DNA from: Methanobacteriota archaeon
GTDB taxonomy: Archaea; Thermoplasmatota; Poseidoniia; Poseidoniales; Thalassarchaeaceae
Direction of reading: 5' to 3'
DNA length: 50,739 nt
Assembly: GCA_002722595.1 (NCBI GenBank)
Contig: PBMO01000046.1
Coordinates: 1-50,739, forward strand
Part shown: positions 1 through 8,964 of the stretch, in pieces
Layout of the letters: each line of letters begins with the position of its first letter
Numbering within the stretch: position 1 is the stretch's first letter
Program-made: the position numbers and the translations under genes
Notes under the pieces: model-generated
Databases searched by the model: none
Seen by the model: only the letters and a program-made list of their open reading frames with translations
What the model was told of the DNA's origin: nothing

Positions 1-1328
1 CTGATGCAACTATACAGGTTGCTCTTGATGGTGCTTCTATCTCAACTCTGACGACCGATGAGAATGGTAACTTCAGCCTAGTGATTCCAGTAGACATGTC
101 TAGCACACGTGGGGACCATATTGTTACAGTACTTTACAATGGAGATACATCTTGGCTTGGCAGCCAACGAAATGCGACAGTGACTACTTGGGCAGATGTT
201 GACATTCAGATTACCTTCGTATCAGATAATGCAATCCGCAGTGACCCCACTCACCCGGTTCGTATAGAGGGTCGAATAGATGAGGTAGGAGGCAGTGGTA
301 ATTTGCTCACGGAACTAAGTTTGGTGCTGATGAGTGGGAATAATTCCCTCCCTACCTCGAATTTGGTTTGGGACAATTCAACAGGTGGATTTGTAATAGA
401 ATTCACGGCAGATAGGTATCTCAATCCCGGCGATTTAACTCTGGAATTGAGTAGTGAACGTGATGATGTTCGCTACCTCAACCCTAGCAATACTTCGGAT
501 GAGATGTTCCTTCGTGTACGGGCTACATTCGATGTTGAATTCAGTGAAATTGAATGGGGTGGCCATGAACTAAATGGAAGCGTCACTGTGCGTGACTATT
601 TCACAAGTCAGATAATTCCGGACATCGCAATCGAAGCTCATATGCGAAATGATTCGCAGGTTGATCCTTTCGAATTATTCCTATCTGGATACACAAATGC
701 TGCAGGAGTGTGGCAATTCGAGTTTGAAATCCCAGAGAGCCTTCCACCATTGTCTGATCAAGATCACTGGGGTACAATGAGTCTTAGATTCAACAGTACT
801 TCCGCTGAATTGTCTGACGATAGTCGAAGTGATTTATCGCGGAAGATTTACGCGATTGAGTACGAACCTCAAGCACAAACTGCGGATTCGGTATCATATT
901 GGATGTATGGTCTGGTTGCCGCGTTCCTAGTTGTAGCAGGAGCCGGAGCATGGATTTTGTATTCGCGAAGGCGCGATACAATCGATGAGTTGGCAGAGAT
1001 TTTCTCATACACTGCCGAACTTCTTGCTGCCGGAGATGCCATACGTGAAGCAATTTTCAACTGCTACGAGGAACTCTGTGGAGTCCTAATGGCACACGGA
1101 CACCTGCGACGAGATTTCGAAACAGTGCGTGAATTCGAGATGGCAATTCGGAAGGCTATGCCGGCACTCAGCGATGAAGCTCTGACTGCATTAGACAACA
1201 TGTTTGAGGTAGCCAGATACAGTCGTCAAGAACTTGGAGATTCGCATAGGTCTCAAGCGACAGCTGCATTGCAGCGAACAGTGGCAGAGATACAGAATGC
1301 TTCTCAAGTGCCACTAGAGGCTGCATAG
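1..1328 (+). CDS. Surface/membrane protein, 5'-truncated by the window edge: extracellular beta-rich region, one TM helix, cytoplasmic DUF4129-like helical tail
   Basis: The frame is open from nt 3 (DATIQVALDG...) into listed ORF 81..1328. A hydrophobic helix YWMYGLVAAFLVVAGAGAWILY is followed by RRRD. The C-terminal helical part (FETVREFEMAIRKA...ARYSRQELG) resembles DUF4129 tails, identified from memory. Confidence 0.6.
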   Translation, partial: DATIQVALDGASISTLTTDENGNFSLVIPVDMSSTRGDHIVTVLYNGDTSWLGSQRNATVTTWADVDIQITFVSDNAIRSDPTHPVRIEGRIDEVGGSGNLLTELSLVLMSGNNSLPTSNLVWDNSTGGFVIEFTADRYLNPGDLTLELSSERDDVRYLNPSNTSDEMFLRVRATFDVEFSEIEWGGHELNGSVTVRDYFTSQIIPDIAIEAHMRNDSQVDPFELFLSGYTNAAGVWQFEFEIPESLPPLSDQDHWGTMSLRFNSTSAELSDDSRSDLSRKIYAIEYEPQAQTADSVSYWMYGLVAAFLVVAGAGAWILYSRRRDTIDELAEIFSYTAELLAAGDAIREAIFNCYEELCGVLMAHGHLRRDFETVREFEMAIRKAMPALSDEALTALDNMFEVARYSRQELGDSHRSQATAALQRTVAEIQNASQVPLEAA

Positions 1329-1335
1329 AATTGAT

Positions 1336-1812
1336 TCAGTTTGACTCAAGGTCGAGGATGAGGTCATCCCCTCGCCATCCTGCTTGTCCTAATTGTGTTC
1401 CAGCAGGTAGGCTGAAGGTCCTTACTAGGTCAGTTCCATTATCGCCCTTTACTGACAATCTTATTGCAGTAGTTTGGCCATGTGATGCAATTTCTAACTG
1501 TACCTGCTCTTGAATTGCACCGGATAATGGGAGTACCAAGGATTCTCCTTCGCGATACCCACCTAGATTGCCAATAGCGACATCGGCAGGTTGGAAGGAT
1601 TGAATTGCCTCAAAATGTTCATCCACACTGTGCCCTACTGTCTGCAATATCTCTGAGTGTGCTGAACGAACTTCGGCTAGATGTGGTAAATCAGAAACAA
1701 ATGCATCATGTAAATCCGAAGGAGATGCAGATAGTCCGGCTAGTATAGGTTCAGGCGAGGGGTGTTCGTTTTCAACCCCAAAAACCTCGAGTTCTACTGC
1801 TCTCCACTCCAT
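1336..1812 (-). CDS. Hypothetical acidic cytoplasmic protein (158 aa)
   Basis: Intact ORF packed tightly between neighbouring genes. No motif recognised; the C-terminal beta-rich part is only vaguely HSP20/CS-like. Confidence 0.5.
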   Translation of the reverse strand: MEWRAVELEVFGVENEHPSPEPILAGLSASPSDLHDAFVSDLPHLAEVRSAHSEILQTVGHSVDEHFEAIQSFQPADVAIGNLGGYREGESLVLPLSGAIQEQVQLEIASHGQTTAIRLSVKGDNGTDLVRTFSLPAGTQLGQAGWRGDDLILDLESN

Positions 1813-1863
1813 AGGCTCCCCATCATGGGGCGACCCCGGGTGTCCTTGAACCCATCCATTCCA

Positions 1864-3873
1864 CTAGTTACCTTTGGCGGGTTCAGGAAAGCGGCTGAAA
1901 AATCGCTTGACCATACGAGCAGTCTGTTTGGCAGAGTCAGCTGTAAATGTGTCCATCGTACTTGGTAAGCAAGAACGATATTGCCCAGATAGTAAACGAT
2001 TGTCTAACAGAAGGATGTATGCACGATCTTCCGCTTTTCGAATCGCTCTTCCCATGCCCTGTAAAACACTATTCACAGCAGGTTGTATTACCCCATATTT
2101 CCATCCTTTCCCTTGTCCATGTTTGTTGTCGATGTATTCTCGCAAGGATGTCTGTGGTACAGTTTGTGGAGCAATGGGTATTCCAACACAAATAACTGCA
2201 TCAAGAATGTTATTCGAATAGTCGACACCTTCTGATAATCTTCCGCCAAAGACACCTGCAACTAGTACTCTGTGTCCACTTTGTCGTTTTTCTTTGAGCA
2301 TCTGCAATTTCCTAACTACATCTCGTTTTGTCCAAGTTCGCTCTTCTTCTAATCGGAAATGCACTTCTGGCCAATCTGCATCTATCACTACTTCTTCTAG
2401 CATTTGATATGATTGACAAAACACTGCCACATTACCAGGTGTATTCTTCAGAAGAGCTCGGATGTGTTCGCGTATTTTTCGCGTGTTGTTCTCCCCGCGT
2501 GCAGTATATTTCGACGTTACATCTGACGCTATCATTACAGGCCTACGGTCTGCTAGAAAAGGAGAAGGATATGATGCACAGACAGTGGCCCTTTCTTCTG
2601 GTATCCCCAATGTTTCTTTGTACATCTCAGGAGGTGTTAGTGTCCCTGACATCAAAATACCTGAATGAACGGTTTCAAAAACTCGTTCACTCACAATTGA
2701 TGGATCTAATAGATGGGTAGTCACCCTGTGTTCGTCCTCATTTGAGTAAAATACTACACACATGGCTGGTGACATAGAATATCTTTGCAGTATGCCAATT
2801 ACTTGTGCCAATCTGTCACAGGCGAGTTCTTCATCCTCTTCAGTGTCTACTTCAACTAATTCGAGTTGGCTAATTAGGACATGCAGATTTAGTTCATCGC
2901 CTTCATCAACACTTTGTATTTCTTCACGAAGCATGTCAAGAATTTTAGCAGCATCAACTTTCACTTCTATTTTGGCACCCAAATCTCGACTATTTGAATT
3001 TAAATCTCGCATTTCCCTAGTCCATTTTGAGAACCGATTCTTGAATTTCCTCAATGCCTTTTCACAAGCTCTTGCTCGCGTGATTCCAGTTGCTAGTATC
3101 GGAGTTTGAGTTCTTTTTTTCTCATTCTCTTCGCAATATTCCTCTAATTCTGCAATCGAATCTCGTATTATCTTATGATTTAGGTTTCGGCTCAGACTTC
3201 GTCTAATCCGGTCTGGTAGGTTGTGTGCTTCATCGACAATCACAATTGTTCTTTCCATTTCAATACCCATGGATCCTAGAGAAGCTTTACGGACATTTTC
3301 TAAGAACAAATGGTTGTAATCACACACTAATATGTCAGCATCGGTTGCTGCCATACGCGCCGTTGCCCAAGCACAAATTCGGCGTTTTCGCGCATAATCA
3401 ATCATGTCATCCACATGCATAGGACGCTCTAGAATCACATCCCTCAATTGTGCTCGGAGGTTTGCCTTTTCATTCTCAGAATTTCCCTGTTCACATGAGC
3501 ACTTACCCGTGGTTCGATCAACATGTTCACACATTGCTTCCCTACCAATCATATCGACTAGACGGATTGGGATTTCACCATCTGACAAATTTGCATTAAT
3601 CTTTTGCACTGTGTCGACAACAATGCTGTGTTGCGATTGTCTACCGGTTAGGAATAGTACATGCTCTCCTTGGTGTGCCCGGCTAATTGATAGTGAAGCG
3701 GCTAGCGATGCTGCAGTCTTACCAATTCCAGTTGGCGCATTTGCGAGAAGGAAACCACCATTTCCCATGGTATTGAAGCCGTCATTTATCATGCCAATTT
3801 GCCCTTCACGAAGTTCGGCATGTGCGAGATATCGCACGCCTTGGACTAACTTCTGTGGGGGCATGGATTTCAC
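1864..3873 (-). CDS. xpd: XPD/Rad3-family (DinG-like) Fe-S DNA helicase
   Basis: Walker A ANAPTGIGKT and DEAH box VDEAHNL are present. A four-Cys cluster lies between them (CEHVDRTTGKCSCEQ ... RRICAW). The C-terminal helicase motifs are VFGGRLSEGVDY and QGMGRAIR. Confidence 0.9.
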   Translation of the reverse strand: MKSMPPQKLVQGVRYLAHAELREGQIGMINDGFNTMGNGGFLLANAPTGIGKTAASLAASLSISRAHQGEHVLFLTGRQSQHSIVVDTVQKINANLSDGEIPIRLVDMIGREAMCEHVDRTTGKCSCEQGNSENEKANLRAQLRDVILERPMHVDDMIDYARKRRICAWATARMAATDADILVCDYNHLFLENVRKASLGSMGIEMERTIVIVDEAHNLPDRIRRSLSRNLNHKIIRDSIAELEEYCEENEKKRTQTPILATGITRARACEKALRKFKNRFSKWTREMRDLNSNSRDLGAKIEVKVDAAKILDMLREEIQSVDEGDELNLHVLISQLELVEVDTEEDEELACDRLAQVIGILQRYSMSPAMCVVFYSNEDEHRVTTHLLDPSIVSERVFETVHSGILMSGTLTPPEMYKETLGIPEERATVCASYPSPFLADRRPVMIASDVTSKYTARGENNTRKIREHIRALLKNTPGNVAVFCQSYQMLEEVVIDADWPEVHFRLEEERTWTKRDVVRKLQMLKEKRQSGHRVLVAGVFGGRLSEGVDYSNNILDAVICVGIPIAPQTVPQTSLREYIDNKHGQGKGWKYGVIQPAVNSVLQGMGRAIRKAEDRAYILLLDNRLLSGQYRSCLPSTMDTFTADSAKQTARMVKRFFSRFPEPAKGN

Positions 3874-3940
3874 TCTGTGAATCGGCCCCCTTTGAAGATT
3901 ACACTTCAGGATTGAGAAACTAGCGTCATACTAGCACATA

Positions 3941-4060
3941 GGGGGGCTCCGCCCGAAGGCGGAGGGGTGGCGGTTTTTGTTCGCCTAGGAAGGGGGGCCT
4001 CCGCCGTTGGCGGAGGCGGGGGTGTCGGTGAAGGGGGGTGCCCCCGAAAGGGGGCGGGGG
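3941..4060. repeat. Cluster of three G-run-flanked GC hairpins; candidate structured RNA or repeat element
   Basis: The hairpins are CTCCGCC-CGAA-GGCGGAG (3947-3964), CCTCCGCC-GTT-GGCGGAGG (3998-4016) and GCCCCC-GAAA-GGGGGC (4040-4055). Each is flanked by G5-6 runs. The region is far more GC-rich than its surroundings, and both strands show only Gly/Pro/Ala-rich artefact ORFs. Confidence 0.5.
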
Positions 4061-4225
4061 GTATTTGTTGAACGGAATATACTCTTCAGGGTCTCTCGGG
4101 CACGATATCGTAGATTGGAGAAACCAAGTGTAAACACAGCTACACCAGCTTCATCCATCAACCCAACTCCGCGAATGTGTGTGCTCTTTGACCTCGCTCT
4201 CAATGTAGCGAAGTTAGGAGAAGTT

Positions 4226-4251
4226 GCAGGGGGGTTTTCACGCCCCCCTGC
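4226..4251. other. Strong isolated hairpin (9-bp GC stem, 8-nt loop)
   Basis: GCAGGGGGG-TTTTCACG-CCCCCCTGC. It lies about 60 nt beyond the 3' end of the RHH gene (minus strand) and could be its terminator or part of the same structured element as 3941-4060. Confidence 0.45.
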
Positions 4252-4311
4252 GTTGTGCATCCCATCATTGTACGTTGCCACGTCTCTCGCCCCTGGTTGG
4301 TGCATCTGCCC

Positions 4312-4680
4312 TTAGGCAGTGTGATCCTCATGTGGTTGCGTGTTATCACGCGCAGTCTCCAAGCGCTCTCTGAGAGCCTTGGTAATTTCATCGGGTTCAG
4401 ACACCTTTGTGATATATTCATCAAGTGCTTTCTTAGCAACAACTGATGCACTATCTCCGTGTAGACGATAGATCAACTCCAGCTGCTCAAGGGTTACTCT
4501 CCCAATTTCGAATTTGATAGTTTGAACATCCGCATTTGTCGGCGTAGATTCAAGGTAATACTGGATTGCAGAACGGATGACATCTGAGCGGTTCCTCATG
4601 CCATCAAAACCCACTCTTTGGTCAAGCAACATCAGGTGATCTTCGGGGATTCGAAGACTCGTCATCTGGCTGGCTGACAT
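4312..4680 (-). CDS. Ribbon-helix-helix (CopG/NikR-type) DNA-binding protein
   Basis: The N-terminus TSLRIPEDHLMLLDQRVGFDGMRNRSDVIRSAIQYYLE fits the beta-strand/helix/helix RHH pattern. Confidence 0.7.
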   Translation of the reverse strand: MSASQMTSLRIPEDHLMLLDQRVGFDGMRNRSDVIRSAIQYYLESTPTNADVQTIKFEIGRVTLEQLELIYRLHGDSASVVAKKALDEYITKVSEPDEITKALRERLETARDNTQPHEDHTA

Positions 4681-4738
4681 GGTATCTGACTCCTCTGCTC
4701 AACCTGTCGTCTACCGAACTACCTTATGAACGTATTGC

Positions 4739-4762
4739 AATTGAAATACAAATTGAAATACA
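4739..4762. promoter_or_regulatory. Perfect 12-bp tandem direct repeat (AATTGAAATACA x2) in a divergent promoter region
   Basis: The repeat is seen directly at 4739-4750 and 4751-4762. It lies 59-82 nt upstream of the RHH gene start, which makes it a candidate RHH operator. Confidence 0.3.
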
Positions 4763-4938
4763 AAATAGCCGTATATGCTGCAGCAATATTTTTTCAAAAA
4801 GTGTAGTGCTGCAAGCCAAAAAGGACTCAATAAACGCAAAAATGAACATTTTTTTGCATATTGTTGCAATACATTGTGTATTACGTGAGATTATTGGTAG
4901 AGGATTTGTATTATACACGGGAACCTATTCCACAGTAC

Positions 4939-5391
4939 ATGGCGCTTACAGCAACACGAGGTCTTCACCTGTATCTTCGAACACTTGAGGCTGCAGTTGA
5001 AGATGATATCGTGACTGACGATGAGATGTCGATACTATCAGTCCTGGCAAGAGCTTTCGCTTTACCAGACGATATCATTGAGGATGCGTGGGGGGTTTTG
5101 CGGGGCAATCATCTGAATCCAATTGATGAAACCATGTCCTCGGCACATGAGAAACGGCAAATTGGAGATGCTACGACCTATCAAACAGCATTAATCGCCG
5201 CTCTTGAGGATGAAGTGATTACTGAGGATGAATGGTCTATGCTTGATGTTATGCGTAGAGTCATGGGGATCCAGCCTGATGAACACGCCATGGTTGAGGA
5301 ATCAGTACGAGCTATGGCAGCAAGTGTAGAGGATGGAGATGCATTCGTAACCCGATTAGATCGCTACGTTTCATTACACCCATACCGCTAA
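4939..5391 (+). CDS. Small acidic protein with two TerB-like repeats
   Basis: Internal duplication EDDIVTDDEMSILSVLARAFAL / EDEVITEDEWSMLDVMRRVMGI. The start is placed at ATG 4939, because the upstream part of ORF 4861.. is an AT-rich, promoter-like sequence. Confidence 0.55.
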   Translation: MALTATRGLHLYLRTLEAAVEDDIVTDDEMSILSVLARAFALPDDIIEDAWGVLRGNHLNPIDETMSSAHEKRQIGDATTYQTALIAALEDEVITEDEWSMLDVMRRVMGIQPDEHAMVEESVRAMAASVEDGDAFVTRLDRYVSLHPYR

Positions 5392-5392
5392 T

Positions 5393-5411
5393 CGCATCCC
5401 TACGGGATGCG
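5393..5411 (+). terminator. GC hairpin with TAC triloop directly after the stop codon
   Basis: CGCATCCC-TAC-GGGATGCG begins 2 nt after the TAA at 5389-5391 and ends about 23-38 nt before the next gene start. Its role (terminator or 5'UTR structure) is unresolved. Confidence 0.3.
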
Positions 5412-5433
5412 GAGTAACGCATATCACTGAAGA

Positions 5434-8400
5434 TTGATTCGTCAGTTCATGTCACCTAGGCACCTAGCACTGATTCTTGTGGGGATAATGCTGCTTGCAC
5501 CTGCTATTTGTTTCACGGATTCATTGGTCGAAAGTAATGAAATGAAGTCAACTTCTTCACGTTCATCCAACAATGCATTACTGTGGGGTGCACATGTAGC
5601 TGGATCAAGTAGCACAGATTCAGTCATGGGCATCGAAATGGATGCTTTGGGTAGAACTTATGTTTGCGGATACTTCTACAATACTGCAACATTTGGAAAT
5701 TTCACCTTGAGTGCATATGGGAGTTATGACATATTCGTTGGGCGGTTGAGTAATGGCGTATGGGATTGGGTTGAGAAGGCAGGAACAACATCCAGCGATC
5801 AATGCAAAGATATTGCTGTCGATGATGGGGGCAATGTCACCATCACAGGATATTACTACTCCTCTGGCTCCGCCACATTTGGCTCTCAGTCGATATCTGG
5901 CCGTGGTAGCAATGATATTTTCGTAGCGCGATTGGATAGCAGTGGTAATTGGCTTTGGGCAAAATCTGCCGGGAGTAGTAGTTCTGACTATGGCCATGGT
6001 GTTGCTATGGATGATTCCGGCAACGCATATGTGACTGGCGAATATTACAGTACATCCTACTTTGGTTCAATCACTCTTAACTCATACAGTTATCAAGAAG
6101 CATTTTTGGCTAAACTTGACAATACTGGTAACTTTGTTTGGGCCAAGCGTTTCTATGGTTCTTATTACCAAAGGGGGAGAGATGTTGATGTCAATGCAAA
6201 TGGAGACATCGCAGTAACTGGTGAATTCAGTTACCGAATTAATTTCGGTGAATCAGGCGGTCCAGAACTTACTCCCAGCTACCAATCGAGTAGCTACTAT
6301 CGTGTGTGGGTGGCAAAATTCACGAACTCTGGACAAGTTTCTTGGGCCCGTATGGCTGGTTACCTACAATCTTCATACAGTTCATACGGTGAAGGAGTAG
6401 GAATTGACGACAATGGAAGTGTTGCAGTGAGTGGTCGTTTCCAGTATCTAATGGATTTCGATAGCAACAATAACAATCGGATGTTTGCATATCAACAATC
6501 AAGCAACTGGGATTGTTTCTTAGCAAAATGGGATTCTTCAGGTACATATCAGTGGGCCCAAAATGCAGGTGGTTCGAATACAGATTATTGCTATGATTTA
6601 GCACTGGATAAATCTACAGGGAATATCACAATTGCAGGGATGTACTACGGGACAGCATGGTTTGCAAATAACCAACTAACATCATCTGGTTCTTATGACG
6701 CTTTCATTGCACACGTGCCCACATCAGGGGGATGGGACTGGATGAAGAAATTTGGCGGTTCGAGCACAGAATATGGGTATTCTGTAGCCATGCGCAATGG
6801 AATGTTCGCATTTGGTGGATATTTCCATAGTTCTTCTACCGATGGTTCTGGTCAATTTACACTAAACTCTGTATCAGGTGCTGACGGATTCATAATCATG
6901 TTTGGGGCGGATCAAGATGGCGATGGTATTGGCGATCAAGTCGATGACTTCCCATGGGAGCCATCCCAATCTAGGGATACAGATGGCGATGGTTTCGGAG
7001 ATAATGTCGACGGATGGCAAGGGGACCACTGTCCAACTGTATTTGGCACTTCAACTATGGATATCTACGGATGTCCAGATGATGATGGTGATGGCTGGTC
7101 AAATTATGGTGACGATTTGCCCAACGAACCAACACAATGGGTTGATGAGGATGGAGATGGGTTTGGAGAGAATCCTGATGGGGTGACTCCAGATTCCTGT
7201 CCAAATGAATGGGGTAATTCATGGCGTGATAGGCTAGGTTGTAGGGATTTAGATTCTGATGGGCAATCAGACTTGAATGACTATTTCATGATTAATCCAA
7301 CACAATGGTCCGATTCAGATAACGACGGTTTAGGAGATAATTGGGGAGATATAACTTGGAATGAGTCAAGATCAAGCCATTGGCCAGGGATTTGGGTTGA
7401 AAATGCAACAATATCTGACCCATCCCCATTGGATTTTGATGGCGATGGTTTTGAGGATTACAGTGCCGGTGGGCCATGGGGGCCATATGATGACTGTGTG
7501 TATGTATATGGCACTTCTATACGCGATTCTGTAGGCTGTCCTGATGCCGATGGCGACGGATGGTCTGATGAGGGTGATGCAATTGATAATGACCCTACTC
7601 AGTGGGAGGATTTTGATGGTGATGGGTTTGGTGATAATCCAGCAGGAAATCAATGGGATTCCTGTATGGATCGTCCAGGTACCTCGACATTGGATAGATT
7701 TGGGTGTCCAGACAATGATGGCGATGGTTGGTCAAATGACAATGACGATTGCCCTGCACTTTGGAGTTCTATTGATGGCGGATGTCCAGACTCGGATGGG
7801 GATGGTTGGGTCGATGAAGGAGATGGAGACAACATCGATGACTGTCCTGAGCAGTGGGGCACATCTACGGTAGATCTCAAGGGTTGTCTTGATGCCGACA
7901 ATGATGGCACATCTGATGAGAATGATCCGTTTCCACTAGATCCGACCCAATGGTCGGATGAAGATGGTGATGGTTTTGGTGATGAACCTGGTGGAAATCA
8001 AGCAGATGACTGCTTGAATTGGGCAGGAACATCCAACCAAGGAGACGTATTTGGATGCGCAGATGGAGATGGAGATGGATGGGCTGATCACATTGATTTG
8101 TGGAATGCCGATGGACAATTGTGGTCAGATATGGATAATGATGGATATGCTGATCAAAGAAGTGATCAAGAAGGTATCTCGGATGATTGTATCGATGTTT
8201 ATGGTACGAGTAATCGCTTGTATTATGGGTGCGCAGATATGGATGGTGATGGATGGCCTGACATGAAGGATTCTGACACGGATGGAGATGGGTATTCGGA
8301 TGTTACTGAACTTTCAGCCGACCCTGCCTCTGATCCGTTGGATCCAATGTCTGTACCTTTGGATGTTGACGGGGACTTTGTTGCCGACCATGAAGAGATA

Positions 8401-8892
8401 ATTGAAAAATCAACTGTTCAAGACCCTGTCATTCAAGGTGTTATTGCGGTTTTGGCCAGCGGTTTCTTGATTACAGTGATTATGGCATGGACATTATTCA
8501 CCTCAGGCAAGAATAAGAAGAGGGGTTACGATGAAATGTCTCTTCTGATTGAAAGTGCAGAAGGCTTTGCAGGTTTGTCAGAAGTTGAAAGAGAGCTCGA
8601 TGAGATGCTAGAGTCTAACAGATTAGGGGCAGGTCAAGGACTGCTTCTCAAGGATAAAATTGAATCGCGTAAATTCGCATTAGAAGATGATTTGTCCGGT
8701 GCAGCAAACCACCCAGGTATGACTCCAAGTTCAGAAACAGATACTGACTTGGCGATGATTGAGCAACATGGAAAAGTTGGATCTTGGGGTGATCAGACAA
8801 AATGGACTCCTGAGCAACAAGCATGGTATGCAGAGGCAAAGCAGTGGGGTGGTTACTACGATGCTGATGGCAACTGGGTCCCTCTAGGTTGA
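5434..8892 (+). CDS. Giant surface protein: signal/TM, beta-propeller (SBBP-like) repeats, about 18 thrombospondin-type-3-like Ca-binding repeats, TM anchor, cytoplasmic tail
   Basis: The N-terminal hydrophobic segment is LALILVGIMLLAPAICF. Propeller blades repeat as YDIFVGRLS..GVWDW, NDIFVARLDSSGNWLWAK, EAFLAKLDNTGNFVWAK, VWVAKFTNSGQVSWAR, DCFLAKWDSSGTYQWAQ and DAFIAHVPTSGGWDWMK. D-x-D-G-D-G-x-x-D motifs recur from about 6900 to 8320. The TM anchor is VIAVLASGFLITVIMAWTLF. The start is TTG 5434 or ATG 5449. Confidence 0.85.
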   Translation: MIRQFMSPRHLALILVGIMLLAPAICFTDSLVESNEMKSTSSRSSNNALLWGAHVAGSSSTDSVMGIEMDALGRTYVCGYFYNTATFGNFTLSAYGSYDIFVGRLSNGVWDWVEKAGTTSSDQCKDIAVDDGGNVTITGYYYSSGSATFGSQSISGRGSNDIFVARLDSSGNWLWAKSAGSSSSDYGHGVAMDDSGNAYVTGEYYSTSYFGSITLNSYSYQEAFLAKLDNTGNFVWAKRFYGSYYQRGRDVDVNANGDIAVTGEFSYRINFGESGGPELTPSYQSSSYYRVWVAKFTNSGQVSWARMAGYLQSSYSSYGEGVGIDDNGSVAVSGRFQYLMDFDSNNNNRMFAYQQSSNWDCFLAKWDSSGTYQWAQNAGGSNTDYCYDLALDKSTGNITIAGMYYGTAWFANNQLTSSGSYDAFIAHVPTSGGWDWMKKFGGSSTEYGYSVAMRNGMFAFGGYFHSSSTDGSGQFTLNSVSGADGFIIMFGADQDGDGIGDQVDDFPWEPSQSRDTDGDGFGDNVDGWQGDHCPTVFGTSTMDIYGCPDDDGDGWSNYGDDLPNEPTQWVDEDGDGFGENPDGVTPDSCPNEWGNSWRDRLGCRDLDSDGQSDLNDYFMINPTQWSDSDNDGLGDNWGDITWNESRSSHWPGIWVENATISDPSPLDFDGDGFEDYSAGGPWGPYDDCVYVYGTSIRDSVGCPDADGDGWSDEGDAIDNDPTQWEDFDGDGFGDNPAGNQWDSCMDRPGTSTLDRFGCPDNDGDGWSNDNDDCPALWSSIDGGCPDSDGDGWVDEGDGDNIDDCPEQWGTSTVDLKGCLDADNDGTSDENDPFPLDPTQWSDEDGDGFGDEPGGNQADDCLNWAGTSNQGDVFGCADGDGDGWADHIDLWNADGQLWSDMDNDGYADQRSDQEGISDDCIDVYGTSNRLYYGCADMDGDGWPDMKDSDTDGDGYSDVTELSADPASDPLDPMSVPLDVDGDFVADHEEIIEKSTVQDPVIQGVIAVLASGFLITVIMAWTLFTSGKNKKRGYDEMSLLIESAEGFAGLSEVERELDEMLESNRLGAGQGLLLKDKIESRKFALEDDLSGAANHPGMTPSSETDTDLAMIEQHGKVGSWGDQTKWTPEQQAWYAEAKQWGGYYDADGNWVPLG

Positions 8893-8964
8893 TTGGCCAT
8901 TTCGGCAGTTATACGAAGGTACAGTTTCTGCCTACTTGGACAAGGATGAAGTGTAGAATCAATT

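Noticed and set aside
3941-4251. Assigning the GC-rich island to RNase P RNA or SRP RNA
   Set aside because: GGTGAAGGGGGGTGCCCCCGAAAGGGGGC loosely resembles the bacterial/archaeal RNase P GGGUGAAAGGGUGC hairpin region. However, I could not find the P4 strands (GGAAAGUCC / ACAGAA..GGCUUA) or the SRP helix-8 GGAA-GGAGCA motif on either strand. The identity is left open.
3985-4315. Listed ORFs 3985..4305 (-) and 4007..4315 (+) spanning the GC-rich island
   Set aside because: They overlap almost completely on opposite strands. Their translations are Gly/Pro/Ala/Arg-rich low-complexity strings produced by G/C runs, with no start context. I treat the region as non-coding structured DNA/RNA instead.
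6900-8320. Periodic DNA repeats (gatggcgatgg... every ~60-130 nt) considered as a tandem repeat or CRISPR-like array
   Set aside because: The repeats are in-frame and encode the D-x-D-G-D-G Ca-binding motif of one long ORF. The spacers are also conserved coding segments, with no repeat-spacer architecture.
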